From Lepidodermella squamata (Eukaryota > Animalia > Gastrotricha): a stretch of 64,000 nt of DNA. The notes under the pieces are model-generated. The model searched no databases and had not been told where the DNA came from. It saw only the letters and a list, made by a program, of their open reading frames with translations. Shown in pieces: positions 39,401-53,225 of the stretch. The position numbers were made by a program, and so were the translations under genes. Location: assembly GCA_047495785.1 (NCBI GenBank), contig JBLDXI010000024.1:682001-746000 (forward strand), in the 5' to 3' direction. Positions within the stretch are counted from its first letter, which is position 1. Every line of letters starts with the position of its first letter.

Positions 39401-41380
39401 TATACACACACTCGCAGCAAAATTTCGTCCGTCTCTCTCGCTATCTCTATACATAATTTTAGTCGCGTTGAATTTTAATCAATATTAATTGAAGCAAATG
39501 ATGTTAATTTTTTTATTTATGTTTAAAAAAATGATCGCTCTGATGTAAAAACTGAATATCAATGATGATGATATAAAATTCGATGGATTCAGACGCTGGT
39601 GAGATATTATAAGAAATTATACAATCACTTTCTCGCTTGTTCATCGTTGAAGAAAACAAACGAGGCAAAAATGTCGTTTCTTTGTTCGAAAAATTGTAAA
39701 AATAAATAAAAATTTGAAAAATTAATAATATTTTTTTAATTACTCCTCTCAATGTCATTCGGCTGAAACCTGATAGCTGAATTTCGGAGGAAGTTCGAAA
39801 AAATGTGACATGGTTTGGGACGCTCTCAGATATGTCCTCAGTCATCTGATTTGTGGCATTTTTGCTCATCGTTAATATATATAGTCTATCTGAGTCAATT
39901 ATCACAGCGCTTTCATTGAGAAATCGCTCGGTACCGTATTCCCGTGCAAACTGCGGCACTGCCGTTATACAAGAAGCGAGCTGGAATGCAACTATACCCC
40001 GGGGACACTGGCATGCCAATAATGGATGGGGTAAATTGGGAAAATTTGAATCTTTCAATTAAGATTAAGATGATATGGCACTCATTTTCATTTCGATGCG
40101 CATCCTATAAGTGATTATGGCGTCATTCCGAAGATAACTGGAGACTCCTAAGGTCTATGACATCACCGACTTTCATTCTGGACTGCGTCAAATCCTCGAC
40201 AGCCAGTCCAAAGATGAAGAACCAGCCCCTTATATATCGAATACATATTTTTATGATTTTTTCGCATTTTCTTACTTCAAGTAAAATTCGCACATTTATT
40301 TGTAGTCATCTACAACTGATATATTTCTATCAACTAATCATCGCAATTTTATTGCTTCTACTGTCGCACATCAAAATAAATAAAATACCCAATATTTTAA
40401 TCCTGTTTCGCTTATTATACCAGTCCCTTTCGGTTAGTGGCACTGCCATACTTAATGAGGGATTTCGTTAGTCACTTTTTGATCTGCCAGCTTTTTTATT
40501 GGCTGCCACAGTTTTGCAAGGGAAGTCTGTTGAAGAGCTTGTAGTTGTAAAAACAAACACAACCTTAGGAAGCCATGCGTATTTTTTCGGTTGCACCAAC
40601 TTAACCGAGCGGGGCGCGTCGCCGCCAATCAGTGCGCACTTGAAGAAATCTCGTTTTTTCTCGCTTGTTGTGAAAGAAAACACGTCATAAAATCATTTAT
40701 TCTGCCCCGATTGATAAATCTGATGAAAAATGGCGATGATCGCGATATAGCGATGCAGATGATACGGTTATGTAGGGCCGCTTAATAATAAATGATGATA
40801 ACATAGGAGCAGCCTATCGACATGATAGGAAGCGATACGGATATATTAAAAAATATTATAAAAAATAGCCGCGCACGCGAGAGTGCTCGAGTACTTATCA
40901 CCGTGCTGGGCACAGAGGCGCGCGGCCTGTTCGTTTGTTTTCGTAAAACATGCATAGCACCACAGATACACGGCCGCGCGGCGCAATCAATCGGCGACGG
41001 CCGTATTACTTCCATCGGGTGTTGGTTGCATGGCCTCTTGTTGTCACATATCGCCGAAGCATACAATAATTACGTGTACCCGCGAGTGATTGCTGTCAAT
41101 TGGGCCGCGCGTGCGCGCGATCGGCACGATGACGAAAAATAGCAAACATAACTATGCTAATATACTAAGGTTTGTATTATTTTTTGCCTCTCCAACTACA
41201 CACAACTCCACTACATCTATCACTAATGACGTATCATCATCATCATCATCTTCATCGCGCGTATTATAGGCGGTAATATTTTCTATAATTTGTGTTTTTC
41301 GATGCGATGCGCCGCCGTCGGCTGCGTGTTTAGCTGTTGAGCACAAGGGGGTGATTTCGCAAACAAAAAATAACGCTCAA

Positions 41381-43340
41381 ATGATACTTCATCGCCACCG
41401 TTGTTTCTTACTTCTTCTACTGACGCTACTGTTGGTGATGATTTCTGGCACCTTGGGAGCAACTACTAAAAAAGCCCCGCCTAAAAAACGTAACACCAAC
41501 CGCGTGATACACGGCAACTGGGGCCCCTGGACGTCGGGCCGATGCTCTGTTACCTGTGGCGAGGGGAAACGAACTCGAGTGCGTTTATGCAACAACCCGG
41601 CTCCAGCAAATGGCGGCGAGAAATGTCCCGGCTTTGGTGTTATGCCTGAACCGTGCCGTTTGCCACCCTGCGATTTAGGTTACCTTCATTTCAGTTACAT
41701 TTAATCGTTCACTTTTAACGTTTTTTCCCCCGATAGAATCAACCCGGGGTGAATGGTCAGCCTGGTCAGCGTGTTCAGGTAGCTGTGGCCATGGAACCCG
41801 AAAACGTACACGGTCTTGCTTAGCCGTCTCAACGCCGTGCTTCGATTCTCAGACCGAAAGTTGCCGTGACCCGGCGGTTGTACCGCCGTGCCCAATTGAC
41901 GGCGGCTGGTCGAACTGGTTCACATTTTTGCCGTGCCCGAAAAATGCGGAGAAAATTTGTACACACCCGACAAAGTACCACCGCGTCGATATGCGGTTTT
42001 GCTCCGCGCCGTTTCCGAGCTACGGCGGAAAGGACTGCGAAGGACCCGAATACAACTACACGCTTTGCGCAAAAATGACGCCGCTTTGTTTAAAACGTAA
42101 GTGATAATTTTTCTTCTCAGAGAAAGTAAACCAGTTTTTAAAACATGTTATTTGCGAATAATGTTGTTACAAGTTGAATAATTTATGAAGCTCGAGTAAT
42201 CAACGATTGATGTGATAAACATCTTCTTTGTTGTTGCTCATATTTATTGATCGACTAAACCTCCTTAATACTTCTAGGCGATTTAAATATTCTTTTTCAA
42301 TTTTTTCCAGCCCATTGGTCACCCTGGACGATGGTTCAAAAATGCAACGCAACTTGTGGGGCTGGGATCGAGAAAAAATCGCGTACCTGCATTGGGGCTG
42401 ACTGGACAGGTCAAAAGTGTTTCGGCCCGACGATTATGAATACCGAATGCCACGCGGCCCCCTGCGAGAAGGGTTGGACAAGTTGGCGCGAGATTCAGTC
42501 ATGTGTAACCCAGTCACCCGGCGAACCTTGCAAGGGCCTGACCGAGGGCCATGTTCGCATTCTCGAGCGGACCTGCCAGAAAAAGGAATGCGAAGGCGAG
42601 TCTAAGCGAACAGAGCGATGCTTAGATTTCTTCAAATGCCCACTATCAGCGTTATCGTCAACTGTTTCGTCGATTCTCTCCAGTACCATGCCGTTTTTCC
42701 TGCCAACGTCTTGGACCGAATGGGAGGCGCAGAAATGTAGCGTATCATGCGGTCGGGGCATTCAAAGGCGGACTCGGGTTTGTGTGCCTGAGGTGGGCCC
42801 GGGTTCGGAAATTCGGTGCCCTGGTGCTTCCGAAGAATTCGTGCCGTGTTTAATGCCGAGTTGCTCACATGAAACCACGCCTTACTCGCTGCTATCGACT
42901 CCGAGTGAATGGTTGACCGTTTCACTCGCTGCGGGAAGTGGCACAACCGTAGAAAGAGGTGAACAATTGTTTACACTTAAAACGCTGGGAGTAATTGATA
43001 CATTTTTGTTACAGCTGATAGCGGCGAAGAAGAAGAGGATGAGGAGCCGATGACTACGACATTGGGCAGCGAAGAGGGCGAAACGTACACGGAATGGAGC
43101 GCGTGGTCTAGCTGCGAGGGCAAGTGCCGGCAGTTTCGGAAGCGAAAATGCCGCCGGAAGCAAGGCATCGGCTGCTTCAACGGCGTCGAGGACACCGAAT
43201 CGCAGCCGTGCCAGAACAGAGCCGGCGGGAAGGAGCTGTGCTACTACAACGCGGCTATGATAACGCGAACGAATGTGATGATTTCAACACTGCCTTTGCT
43301 AGTAACATTTGTGTTTCACTCGAATAACTACTTTTTCTAA
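41381..43340 (+). CDS. Secreted/GPI-anchored thrombospondin type-1 repeat protein B (7 TSRs), paralog of A; introns 41679-41736, 42097-42310, 42959-43014
   Basis: Signal peptide '[20 protein letters not shown]'; seven TSRs collinear with gene A; hydrophobic C-terminus '[12 protein letters not shown]'. Confidence 0.9.
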
Positions 43341-44229
43341 TGGGAAAAATGCTGCCAATAACTATTTTTCTAACTGTTGTTTCTATAGTTTGTATACTTC
43401 AATTATAGCCTTGTCAACTGTGTAAATTTATTCGATTCCCGGTAGCGAATTAAAAAAAGCGATCACCTGAGATTAAACAAGATGTGACTCATTTTCAAAG
43501 GGTCTTACTTTTAGTGGAACCAAAATTGCTTAGTTGGCCAAATGGCTGGAAGCGGAACCTAACTTTGAAATCAATTTGCCAAAAACGCAAATTTTCCACA
43601 TTTTCTGGAATTTCTTGAATAATTTGAAAAAATCGAAATAAATGACCATACAGCGTGTCCCATTAGCAACGCAAGCAAAGAAAATACACGGAAAAGGGTT
43701 CAGAAACTCTAAAATTAGAGACGAAGTCACATCTAATGACCAGAAAAATTGTAGAAAAATAGTAGAAATTGTGATGGGATTAAAAAATTCCGAAGAAATT
43801 TGATCCAATCGGGTAAATTACCGAAAATTACCGAACCAATTACCATCGGGGTTTTCCGGGTTTTCGTCGGTAAATTTTTTATTTATTCGGGTTAAATCGC
43901 GGATATTCTCTCAGTAGGCTTAATTTATAGGAATTGGTTGAATTTCCTACAAAAAGTTGCTAAATTAAAAAGTAGTTGCGCAACTTCGGGGACACGCTGT
44001 AGAATTCTCCGTGATGTTTAGTACGAAGCCAGGACATAACCTTGAGAACAACACATTTGCGTTTGGTGCCAACTCTTGAAATTCGGTTCCGCCAATTTTG
44101 GCTCCACAACAGGTAAATTTAGTTCCGCTAAATGATATTCTGATTTTTAAATTCAAGCGCTGAATTTTATTTCAATAACTTGAATAATTGCTGCAATAAT
44201 CAGTTGGTTAAAATATCAAGTTTATTTGA

Positions 44230-47200
44230 TCACATTGAATCGACTCGGCGTTTGTAAACTAGCAAATAACCGGCTTCGCTCTGAAAAATCAGAATTACCT
44301 CAATTTTCAGGGTCCGGAAATCAAACTCACGACAACTTCTTTGAGGGAAGATGACACGCTTTCAACTGTAGCATCGTCGAAAAGGTACCAATTGCCCGTT
44401 GTTGAGTTCAGGGCATAGGCAGTATAATGACCGAAACCCATGCTGCCCATGTGGTTCGAAACACAAATCAAGTCGTATTTTGGCGAGGAATCCATTACAG
44501 CCCAGTTAGTGAATTCAGATAGATCCAGCCTAATAATTACAGAATATTAATTTAGTATTTTTTTATTATTTATGATTATTTTTTTAATTTCTCAATTTTT
44601 TATTAATTTTTATTAATTAAAAAAATCAGAGCTTTCTTACTCGAATGGATAATTGACGAATGTTTCGAGTTTTTCGGCCTTGTTGTAGCTGTCTACGTCG
44701 AACCGTTTCAGGTGGATGATGAGGTAAGGCGGCAGTCGCCAAATATCAAGTTTTTTGAAAGCTCTTCGATGCTCCTTGCACTTCGAACAGTACCAAGAAT
44801 TAGCTTCAGACAACTGCTCCTCCGTAAGAAACAGCCGAATACAATCTTCAAGAACAACTGGGCCAACCTTGCTACCCGAACCCGAATCGCCTAACCGGCT
44901 CAAATCTGACAGGGCCATTCGTTCAAAATCAATCAAATCAGCAGTATCATCGTCGAATTTCATTATCAAATAATGCGATTTAACAGTCAGGCTTAGTTGC
45001 TTTTCGAACTCAGCTTGATCGTCATCTGCGTCGTCTGAAATCACCCCGTGATCGTACATACCAGATATATTCGAGTGGGACAGGGTGTAGCGGCCCTTCA
45101 AGCTACCTTCGCTTGGCGTCTTGAGGTAAATTTCGGCGATTTTCACAGCATTGCGGTGAGCTTCGGCCGATGTCAATTTCGACTTGGGAATAGTGACTAA
45201 AAACGGGAAAATACGGGGAAAGTCGCGATGTTTGATGTACAGAACCACAGTGGCTAGGTCATCCATTAGATCAGGAACTTCAAACGCCATAATATCGTCG
45301 AAATTCGCGCTCAAGTAAGGCGCATAGTCGGAAATTTGATACCATTGTGACAATGCGGCCGAGTGAGTTTTAGTAACCGCGCAAGTTTTCAGTCGTTCCG
45401 TTGGCAGGCCCAGCTGGGCTGAGAAGGCGTCGAAAATGTCTTGAGACGAACATTTGATCGGGATATCGAGGCTTAGATTTACCACAGGTTTCGACGGATC
45501 CAAGCTTCGAAAATGGCCGATGTATTTTCGTGATTTCGGCCGAGGAATCGGAACGGTCAGATAGCAAAAAGGGTCGAAAGTAAGTTTGACTTTTTGACAA
45601 ATATTGCAGCGAACAGTCGATTTTAGTTGGCCATGAAATAGGTCAACGATTTTTGACGAATTCCGCTTCTTATGACAGTCCCAGAACTCTGAAAATTCCG
45701 TAAATTATTCTGGAATAATACCGTAATGTGGGGTAACTTGGCCTGGAAAAAAACCAGTTTTTCGAAACTAGGCGGTAGCTGTTTAACTATCCTACAACAA
45801 ATTACGTACTAAAACAGCCGTTTAAATCCCCTCGATAGTTCGAAACCTGGTCGTAAAACCAATGAAACCAATCCGTTTCGAGTTATTCTCAAATCGCCTG
45901 ATGAATCATCAGTGACCCCATAAAAAATAGTGCTCCTAGATTTTTCTATGAATTAGGTTCAGAGGCCAAAATGAGGGGCGAATTCCAAGGTGTCCAACGT
46001 GTCGTTTTTGGAAGGAATTTTTCTGAAAAATCAGGAGAAAACTGAAGTTCACTGAAAAAGTGAAGCCACTTTCCGAAATCGGGAAAATGGTGCTTGAATG
46101 GTGCTTTTTCAGTAAAAACGGCTTTTTGAGGTGGCTTTTTCGACCAAGATACCCCCACATCACATAAATTAATCTGAGAACTCACCTTGACCTTTTTCCA
46201 AATCCGTCAACTGGTCATTTTCCTCAATCTCGTAGTAAGGTTTGACTGTAACCTCGTTCAAATCTTCGTGCAGTGCCTCCAAAACGAAGGATAAAAGTTC
46301 ACTTGAGTCATGCTGGGCGTAGCCGGCAAAACGAGGCGCGAAATGGCCAACGGCGGCTTTCAAATCTCGCGGCGCGACCGAGGCGTAAGATCCAGACCAC
46401 ATCGCCTCGATTAAGGCGGCAAACTTATCGACCAACTCGCCTTTTGTTCCTAGTCGATTCACTCTATTTATTTTGTCGCGATATTCACCTGATCGGATGA
46501 AATTCGTTAAATCAGGCACATTGGAAAGACATTGGATTGCACTGTTCATAAAACAAGTATTGCCAAGATTTTGAAGGCCGCAAAGTCCCGGAATTCCGGC
46601 GTATTTCGACGAAGTAGTCCCGTTGAAAGCGTTAGACGAGTAAGACGGGGGCTGCTGGTCGCCATTTTCGTGAAAATGAGAATAAGGTGCAGCTATTGAA
46701 TATCCTACTTTTGATAAATCCTCCGAAAATTCCGGCTTGGAAGACGGCCACTGGTCTGAAGATATCTTCTCCGCGATGAACAACGACGCATCAGCCACAT
46801 CCAATTTTTGCAGAGTATCCGCCCCGTTGTCTTCCAAGGTGAGGCAATCCAACTAAAAAAATATCGAATTATTAGACTGCCCTAATTTCAATTAATTTAT
46901 TTACCGAATTCGTTCCGTAAGGGCTCCACCATAATTTAATATCATCATCGCTGGAAATAACGAGATCCCGCCTAATTTTAGCCACCAGTGCAAAAATATC
47001 AGCTCCCCTGCTTATCGAAATGGCGTGTGATGTCGATAAATCCGGATATAACCTCACGTCGAGTTTCAACGGGTAAACTTCAACTTTGTTCAAGGTAGAA
47101 TGATGGCTCGCCGGAATCACCCTGCAGCGAACAGGTGTAGGTTGCCGACTTGAAATGCCGTACCTTTTCACCAGAAGATCCCACGCGCTTTCAGGCAAAG

Positions 47201-47483
47201 TTCGGTAGTCACGAGGCTCGGCTAGGCAATCTAACAACTCGCCAGTTTTAGGGTCGAATAAGGTCGAGTTATCAATAGGCCCTGGGTGCAGTGATGGGTC
47301 GCCTTTAATCGAATCAGCCCACGGATTTTCAGCGTTCGACCCGCCGACGAAAATCTCCCATCTCCGATACCAGCTATCGGCGACAAGGTACCAGTCTTCG
47401 CCTTTCAGCCGCTGGCCCGAGTACCAGGCTTCCCGTACCTGGTTCAGCTCATGAGCAAGCAGCTCGTCGTTTCCCGCGGGCAT
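44230..47483 (-). CDS. Ubiquitin-specific protease, USP4/11/15 family, paralog A (DUSP-UBL-catalytic)
   Basis: DUSP 'WYLV..SWYRRW...HPGPIDNS'; Cys box [13 protein letters not shown]; QHDSSE; His box [13 protein letters not shown]...FDD; final exon [16 protein letters not shown]. Confidence 0.93.
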
Positions 47484-48216
47484 TTTTTTCACGAACTGTA
47501 GAATAGAGTAAAAATGAATGTGTAATTAGTATGCAGCGACCGGTGTATCGTACAACTAATCAGAAATCCAAAAACTCACGTTATCTTATCTGCCTTAAAA
47601 ACAGATTAAATCAACGATAAACTCGAGAAGACGAAAATAGTGAACCCATTTTTTTCCGTTTTATTTTGCTGTTATATTGTTATAAAAATTTGCTCAAATA
47701 AAGCATCCCAATGCCATTTTAAATGAGAATTCTACACACCACTTGCCATTATACATTTATGTCGATTTGTTTTCATGAGTTTTACAGCCTTCTTCAAGAG
47801 CACATATTTCACACATAGCAACTAGATTTGTCTGAAATTTGATTCGCGTTCAAACTTGATCCGCAGCCTCAACAACAAGAAACAATTATAGATGAATGAT
47901 TGCGATAGTTGTTATGATGTTGTACGGTAAAAAACACATTACAATTGTTATGAAAGCCTCGCATAGTAGTTGAATTTCATCGTTCTAGCATATATAGTAT
48001 ATAAGAATGTAAATGAAACATATCCGCTTATCCGAGAACGATCACAGCACTATTAAAAAATCTTAGAGACATCGATGATACAATCATGTTTTAAATTGAT
48101 CTTATAGCGCGAATATCTTTGCACCGATTTAAGTCACCGAGAGATAAGTATTGGCAAAACGCTAGTAATAATAATAATATTTAATAAGGCAGAAATCAGA
48201 TAATAAGTCCTGAAAT

Positions 48217-49119
48217 TTATTGCCATTGGTCGGCGGGCGGGCGCTGCTGTGTTGAAAATTGTGCGTAAAAACCAAGCGTCTCAGATGCCTTCCGAGCAAA
48301 ATCCGGCGACGAAGCCGGCCAATTTTCGCGGGCACTGTTTCTAGTTTCGAAAACGAACAAATTGCCGTCACGAATTGCTAAATCTTGCAGCAGCATCAGC
48401 TCATCGTCACCGAGTTCCATCGATTCGGACGAATCAACGTGATACCAAACACGTGATTCAACATCGTCGGATATATTGAAAAATTTTCTGAGCAGCGAAT
48501 TAATTTTTCCTAAATAGACAAAAAATTTTATAAAAATTAGAAAATTTTGAAAAAAATTTACCAAGGCTTGTAATGCGGCTGAAATGAAATTTCATTGCAT
48601 GGGCCAAGTCCCACTGGGGTCGAACCATAATTTCCAGCGGGTACAATTCGACAGTTTCAACATTGAAATTTTTCGAATTTCGAGTCAATATAACATTTCG
48701 CATTAAAGCTGGCGGCTAAAAAAAATCACACAAAAATAATTAAGCTGGATTTTTTAAATCAGGTTATTTACCGATTTCTCAGCAATTCCATATCTTTTCA
48801 CGAGTAAATTCCACGAATCTTCTGGGACGACTCGGAAATCACGCAGTTCAATAAGATCGCGTCGAAGTTCGCCGTTTTCGTCGACCAGGCGGGTCAAGTC
48901 GATCTGGCCAGGGTATTGGGCAGGATCGCCCTTGGAGTGTCCGTAGCCGCCCATGCCAACGTATTTTTTCCATTTATGGTGCCACTCTTCCGTGATCAGG
49001 TAGCGAATTTCACCCGCTCGCATGTTCCGCAGCAGCCCGTCTCGAACCGCAGTTCGCTCTCGCTCTAGCGTTTCACGCTCGACTGAACTCACCGAACCGC
49101 GCGGTGAGCGTGTTGTCAT
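48217..49119 (-). CDS. DUSP-UBL-only USP4/15 paralog B with no catalytic domain, about 264 aa; exons 49119-48772, 48715-48562, 48509-48217
   Basis: DUSP 'YLITEEWHHKWKKYVG...YPGQIDL' and UBL 'VELYPLEI...LFVFETRN...W'. Both introns are canonical and in frame. The stop comes before the Cys-box position, with AATAAA overlapping the stop codon. Confidence 0.75.
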
Positions 49120-50378
49120 TAGTTTAGCCTCAAAATAAAATTCTATGCACACAAAAAATGTAGTTAGTAATAAAACAATAAATAAGGGTGTTTGCCGAGA
49201 GGAAAAAAATGACGAATTGCAACGCGTCTTATCGTTGTAGTGGCTTTTCAATAAAATGTAATAATATGCGCGCGCATATCAGGAGAAAAGCGTTCTATAT
49301 TCCCATACGGCAGTAGGGAGAGAAAAAAAATTGGCAATATTATCACTATTCCAACATCACGGCGGAAAATCTATAAAACCACGCAAAGTAACATGGTAAT
49401 CGTCTGCAAACTATCAAGATAACAAAATGACAGTGGACTTCTTCTTATTCATATTCATTTTTTACGGCAAATAAAAGAATGATAAAAAGACAGAAGTAAT
49501 GCCCTCGTTCCCATGGGATTTAAATATTATAATTTTTGGCTGTCAAGGAATTTTGCTATACGATTAAAAATTAATCTTCGCCCTCTGACGGTAGTGAGAG
49601 GTGGATTACAAAATTAGATTACACGGCAATCAGGGCAAAGCTGCGTTATTTCTGGGGCAATTTCCTTGATTACTTTAAGGATAATAGGTATTAAGATAGA
49701 ATGGGCCTTGCGTCGTAAAAGACGTGCATGCTGTTTTTTGCGATTCGCTTCACTGGCGGCGGCTATCTATTACGAAAAACAGCACGAAAACACGCGAAAA
49801 ATGGGTATTGATGAATGAGAAGTTGGTATGCGTTTTTGGTAAACAAGCAGACAATAATTAAAATAATACGCTGGAGGTAAAAAATAAGATAAACAGCATG
49901 GTATAAATAATTTACAAAAACAGGAATTGTATCCGCAGCCGACTGAGAGATGATATTTGAGGCTTTTGGCTGACGGAAGCATTCAAGTGGCACTCTCGAC
50001 GCGGATTGCTATCTCGATTGATTAGCATGTAGTTCATGACGATTATAACGAAAAGAATTTGCGGCTCCGAAGTACTTTTCCGCGCTTAGCATCGATTGCA
50101 GTTAATTAGCGCAAAAAGCTAGTCATTATAAAAAGGCTAGAAAATTCTTGTCCAGGCGCCGGTGACACAAAAACCATAGAAGTATCGCATTTCAGTTGAT
50201 TGGCTAGGCTAAAAATTCAGTATAATCGACCTGAACTTGATTCATCAACGCTTTATTCAAAAGTCCCAAAATCGAGTGAATTATTCTAGCAAATTTGCAG
50301 GTAAAAATTAAGGCCGCAAGTCTCATAAAACACCGAGTTGCTCGCTCGAATCCTCAACAACACGGCTATTCGTTTCAA

Positions 50379-53225
50379 TCAAAGCGTCGTTTCGATTTTC
50401 AATTTAGCTCGCTGATAGAACAAAAGGAACGCCGCATCAGTCTGTGCAATAAAAATAGCCGCAGCTTATAATATGTTACTCACAGAGCAGGAAATCCTGA
50501 AAACTCACAACAACTTTGTCGGGCGCAATTTCAGCGACGGATCGATCGTCGAATTCGTGCCACTTTTTGAGATCAGCATGCAACGCCAGTGTTTTGTAAT
50601 GACCGCCGTTGATATCGCCCTGATGCGTTACAACAGCTATCAAATTGTAAGGCGCCAAATTTGACGGCGGCAAATCGGCAAATTTCGACATTTCCAAGCT
50701 AGAAAAAATATTTGGAATTTGATTTTTTTCAATTTCTCAATACATACTTTTCGATGGGATATTCGACAAAAGTTGACAGTTTGTTGAATCCGAAGTCATC
50801 CCTGTGAAATCGATTGAGGTGGATGACGAAATAAGGCGGTAGCAGGGTCAAATCCATCTTTTTTGTGGCTGATTGCGGCCGATCACCGCATTTCGGACAG
50901 CGCCAAGCATTTGCACCCGATAGCATTTCATCGTCCAAAAACGCTTCGAAGCAATCATCCAACTTAACGGCATCGACCTCCGCATTTTGAGCTAGAGATT
51001 TGCCCGGAACGACTTTCAACGAACTTTCGGTGAAAAAATGCGGGAAATAGCGACTATCCCAGAGCATTATCAAACATTTTGTTTTAGCCCTAGCAAGGTT
51101 GTTTCGGAAGACAAAGGCATGCGATCCTCTCAACGCGCGCCTATCGTTAGATAAATCCGAATCAGCCATTAGCAGGGAGTAATGTTCACCCTCGATAGGA
51201 ATACCTGCCTGATGGGCAAACAACGGCTCAACTAAACGATAAACCTGATGGTTTAGAATCATCTCACTCGTAGTTTCGCGAGAAACAGTCAACAAAAATG
51301 GGAAGCCCTGAATCGCACGATGACCTCCAGAGCCCAGGTAGACAATAATCCTAACGTAGTCGGGCGGTGGTTGGGATGAAACCTGGAAGCAAACCAGAAG
51401 CAAATTCTCGCTGTCTGAAATCGGGGGCCGGTCACCATCCGAGAACCATTTTGAGAAGCGGTAATCTAACGTCATACCGGCTATAAGAAATTCATCGGGT
51501 TTCACGCCGTAAGCTGCTGATATTACTGATCTCACTTTTACGATCTTACAACGACGGGGTATCATCAAATTCGTAACTACGACCTGTTTTGACGAGTCTA
51601 AAAACCGGAAATAAACCGGAATTTCTCGATTCCCAGGAATAGGTACTGACAGGGAGGAGAATGGTTCGTAAACAACCAAAGTTTCACGGCAAGATTCGCA
51701 TCTCAGCGTAGATTTCAGCTGACCGTCGAATAAATCGGAAACAATCGATCGCTGTCTGTCTTTATATTGTCGCCAGTTTTCTGTTTCAAAGACAAAAAAA
51801 TGAGCAATCATCATTTTGAACAAGTCTTCTAGGTGTCAATTTTACTTCCTGGTGACAATAACTTTCAGACTATGACTCACCACGTGCGGCTTTTTCCACC
51901 GGAAGATGATCCTTGTGAATGTTTCGCCGCTCACTTTTCAACAGCTCATCTTGTAGACAATGTAAGAAATACTGCAAAAAGTTGTGAGCATCCTGCTGGC
52001 CGCTGCTGAAGTGAGGAGCGTATTTGAGAAAAGCCTCCCTAAAATCTCGAGGCGTCGCTGTTTCATTCAGCCCGGACCACACGGACCGCATAAGCGCGGC
52101 GTATGTATCAGCCAATTCACCGCGTTTCGAATCGAGATCAACAATAGCTTTATACTGGCCGGACCGGAAGAAATCACGCAGTTCATCGATGTTACCCAGG
52201 CACTGAATGACGGTGTTGATGAAACACGTATTGCCCAAGTTATCGAGCCCACACAATCCCGGCTTTAATTGAACCTTTTTCACTGCGATTTGCTTCTCGG
52301 CCTCCTTTGATTGAACAGGCTTAACCACAGCGCTTGGAGTTGTCTTTTGATTGACAATTTCTAACGATAACCCGAGCGTTTCGAATATTTTCTTAAGGGT
52401 GAGTAAGTTGGGGGGATGGCTTTCTGTTGACCTTTTCAGAACCAACATACACCCATCAGTGATTTGAAGTTGCTCCAAGGTTAGCACAGTTTTGCCTGGC
52501 TGAAGCTCCAGTTGGTTAGATTGTTGGCGTTTCAGCCAAAAATGAAGATTTTTCTGTTTCATCGACGATGTTAGGGCGTTGAACCATGGCCGGCCTGCTT
52601 GCTTTTCAGCTAATTGCTCGGGGGTGGTCGCTCGGCTGATCACCTGATTCGTTAGAGTGACTGCTTCGTCTTCGATAAAACAAATAACTAGGTTGAGTGG
52701 ATATAATTCAATCACGTTGTTGCCATTCGCATCGCAAATTATGCTTCGAACAATAGGATGAGGCTGCAAGGTAAAATAAAAAAATTAAATTTGGGAACTT
52801 TATGATCCGCTAAATTATCAAATCCAACTCACTGTGATCCCTCGAAGTTTGTAGTAAGTCTCGAGACGTTGGAAAACATCGACAGGGACCGCCATGAAGT
52901 GCTGTTCATTCAGCCCGGGTCTCAATTGCCCGTTAGAGTCAACAATCGATGAATTATCGATCGGGCCCGGGTAGTCAGGTGTGAATTGCGACGTAGTGTC
53001 CAGGCCGACATAGCGCGACCATAATTGGTACCAGGCTGTGGCTATCAGTGCCCATGATTCGCCCTTCAATTTCTGTTTAAGGAGGCCATTGGTTACATAG
53101 TTTCTTTGTTCTGCCAAAATATCGGCAGTTGTCCGCTGTGAGTAGTGGTACTGAGCAGATAGGTCCATATTGTCAGCAGAAGCTATACGCAACTGGTCAT
53201 TTGTGAGGAGATGGGTGGGAAACAT
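50379..53225 (-). CDS. Ubiquitin-specific protease, USP4/11/15 family, paralog C
   Basis: DUSP (YPGPIDNSSI); GLDNLGNTCFINT; QQDAH; His box HQGDINGGHY...FDD; last exon TDAAFLLFYQRAKLKIETTL*. The start is either 53225 or 53168. Confidence 0.92.

Noticed and set aside
39513-40470. Minus-strand 181-aa ORF and nearby exon-like pieces between the TSP genes
   Set aside because: No consistent spliced frame or recognisable domain; it may be a decayed gene but this cannot be supported.
43800-43900. AATTACCGAA-type short repeats with partial inverted copies (MITE or Helitron?)
   Set aside because: No defined termini, target-site duplication or second copy is visible in the window.
45875-45915. CTGATGA...GAAAC hammerhead-like cores in a USP-A intron
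   Set aside because: Stems I-III cannot be formed around the core; it is only a short palindrome.
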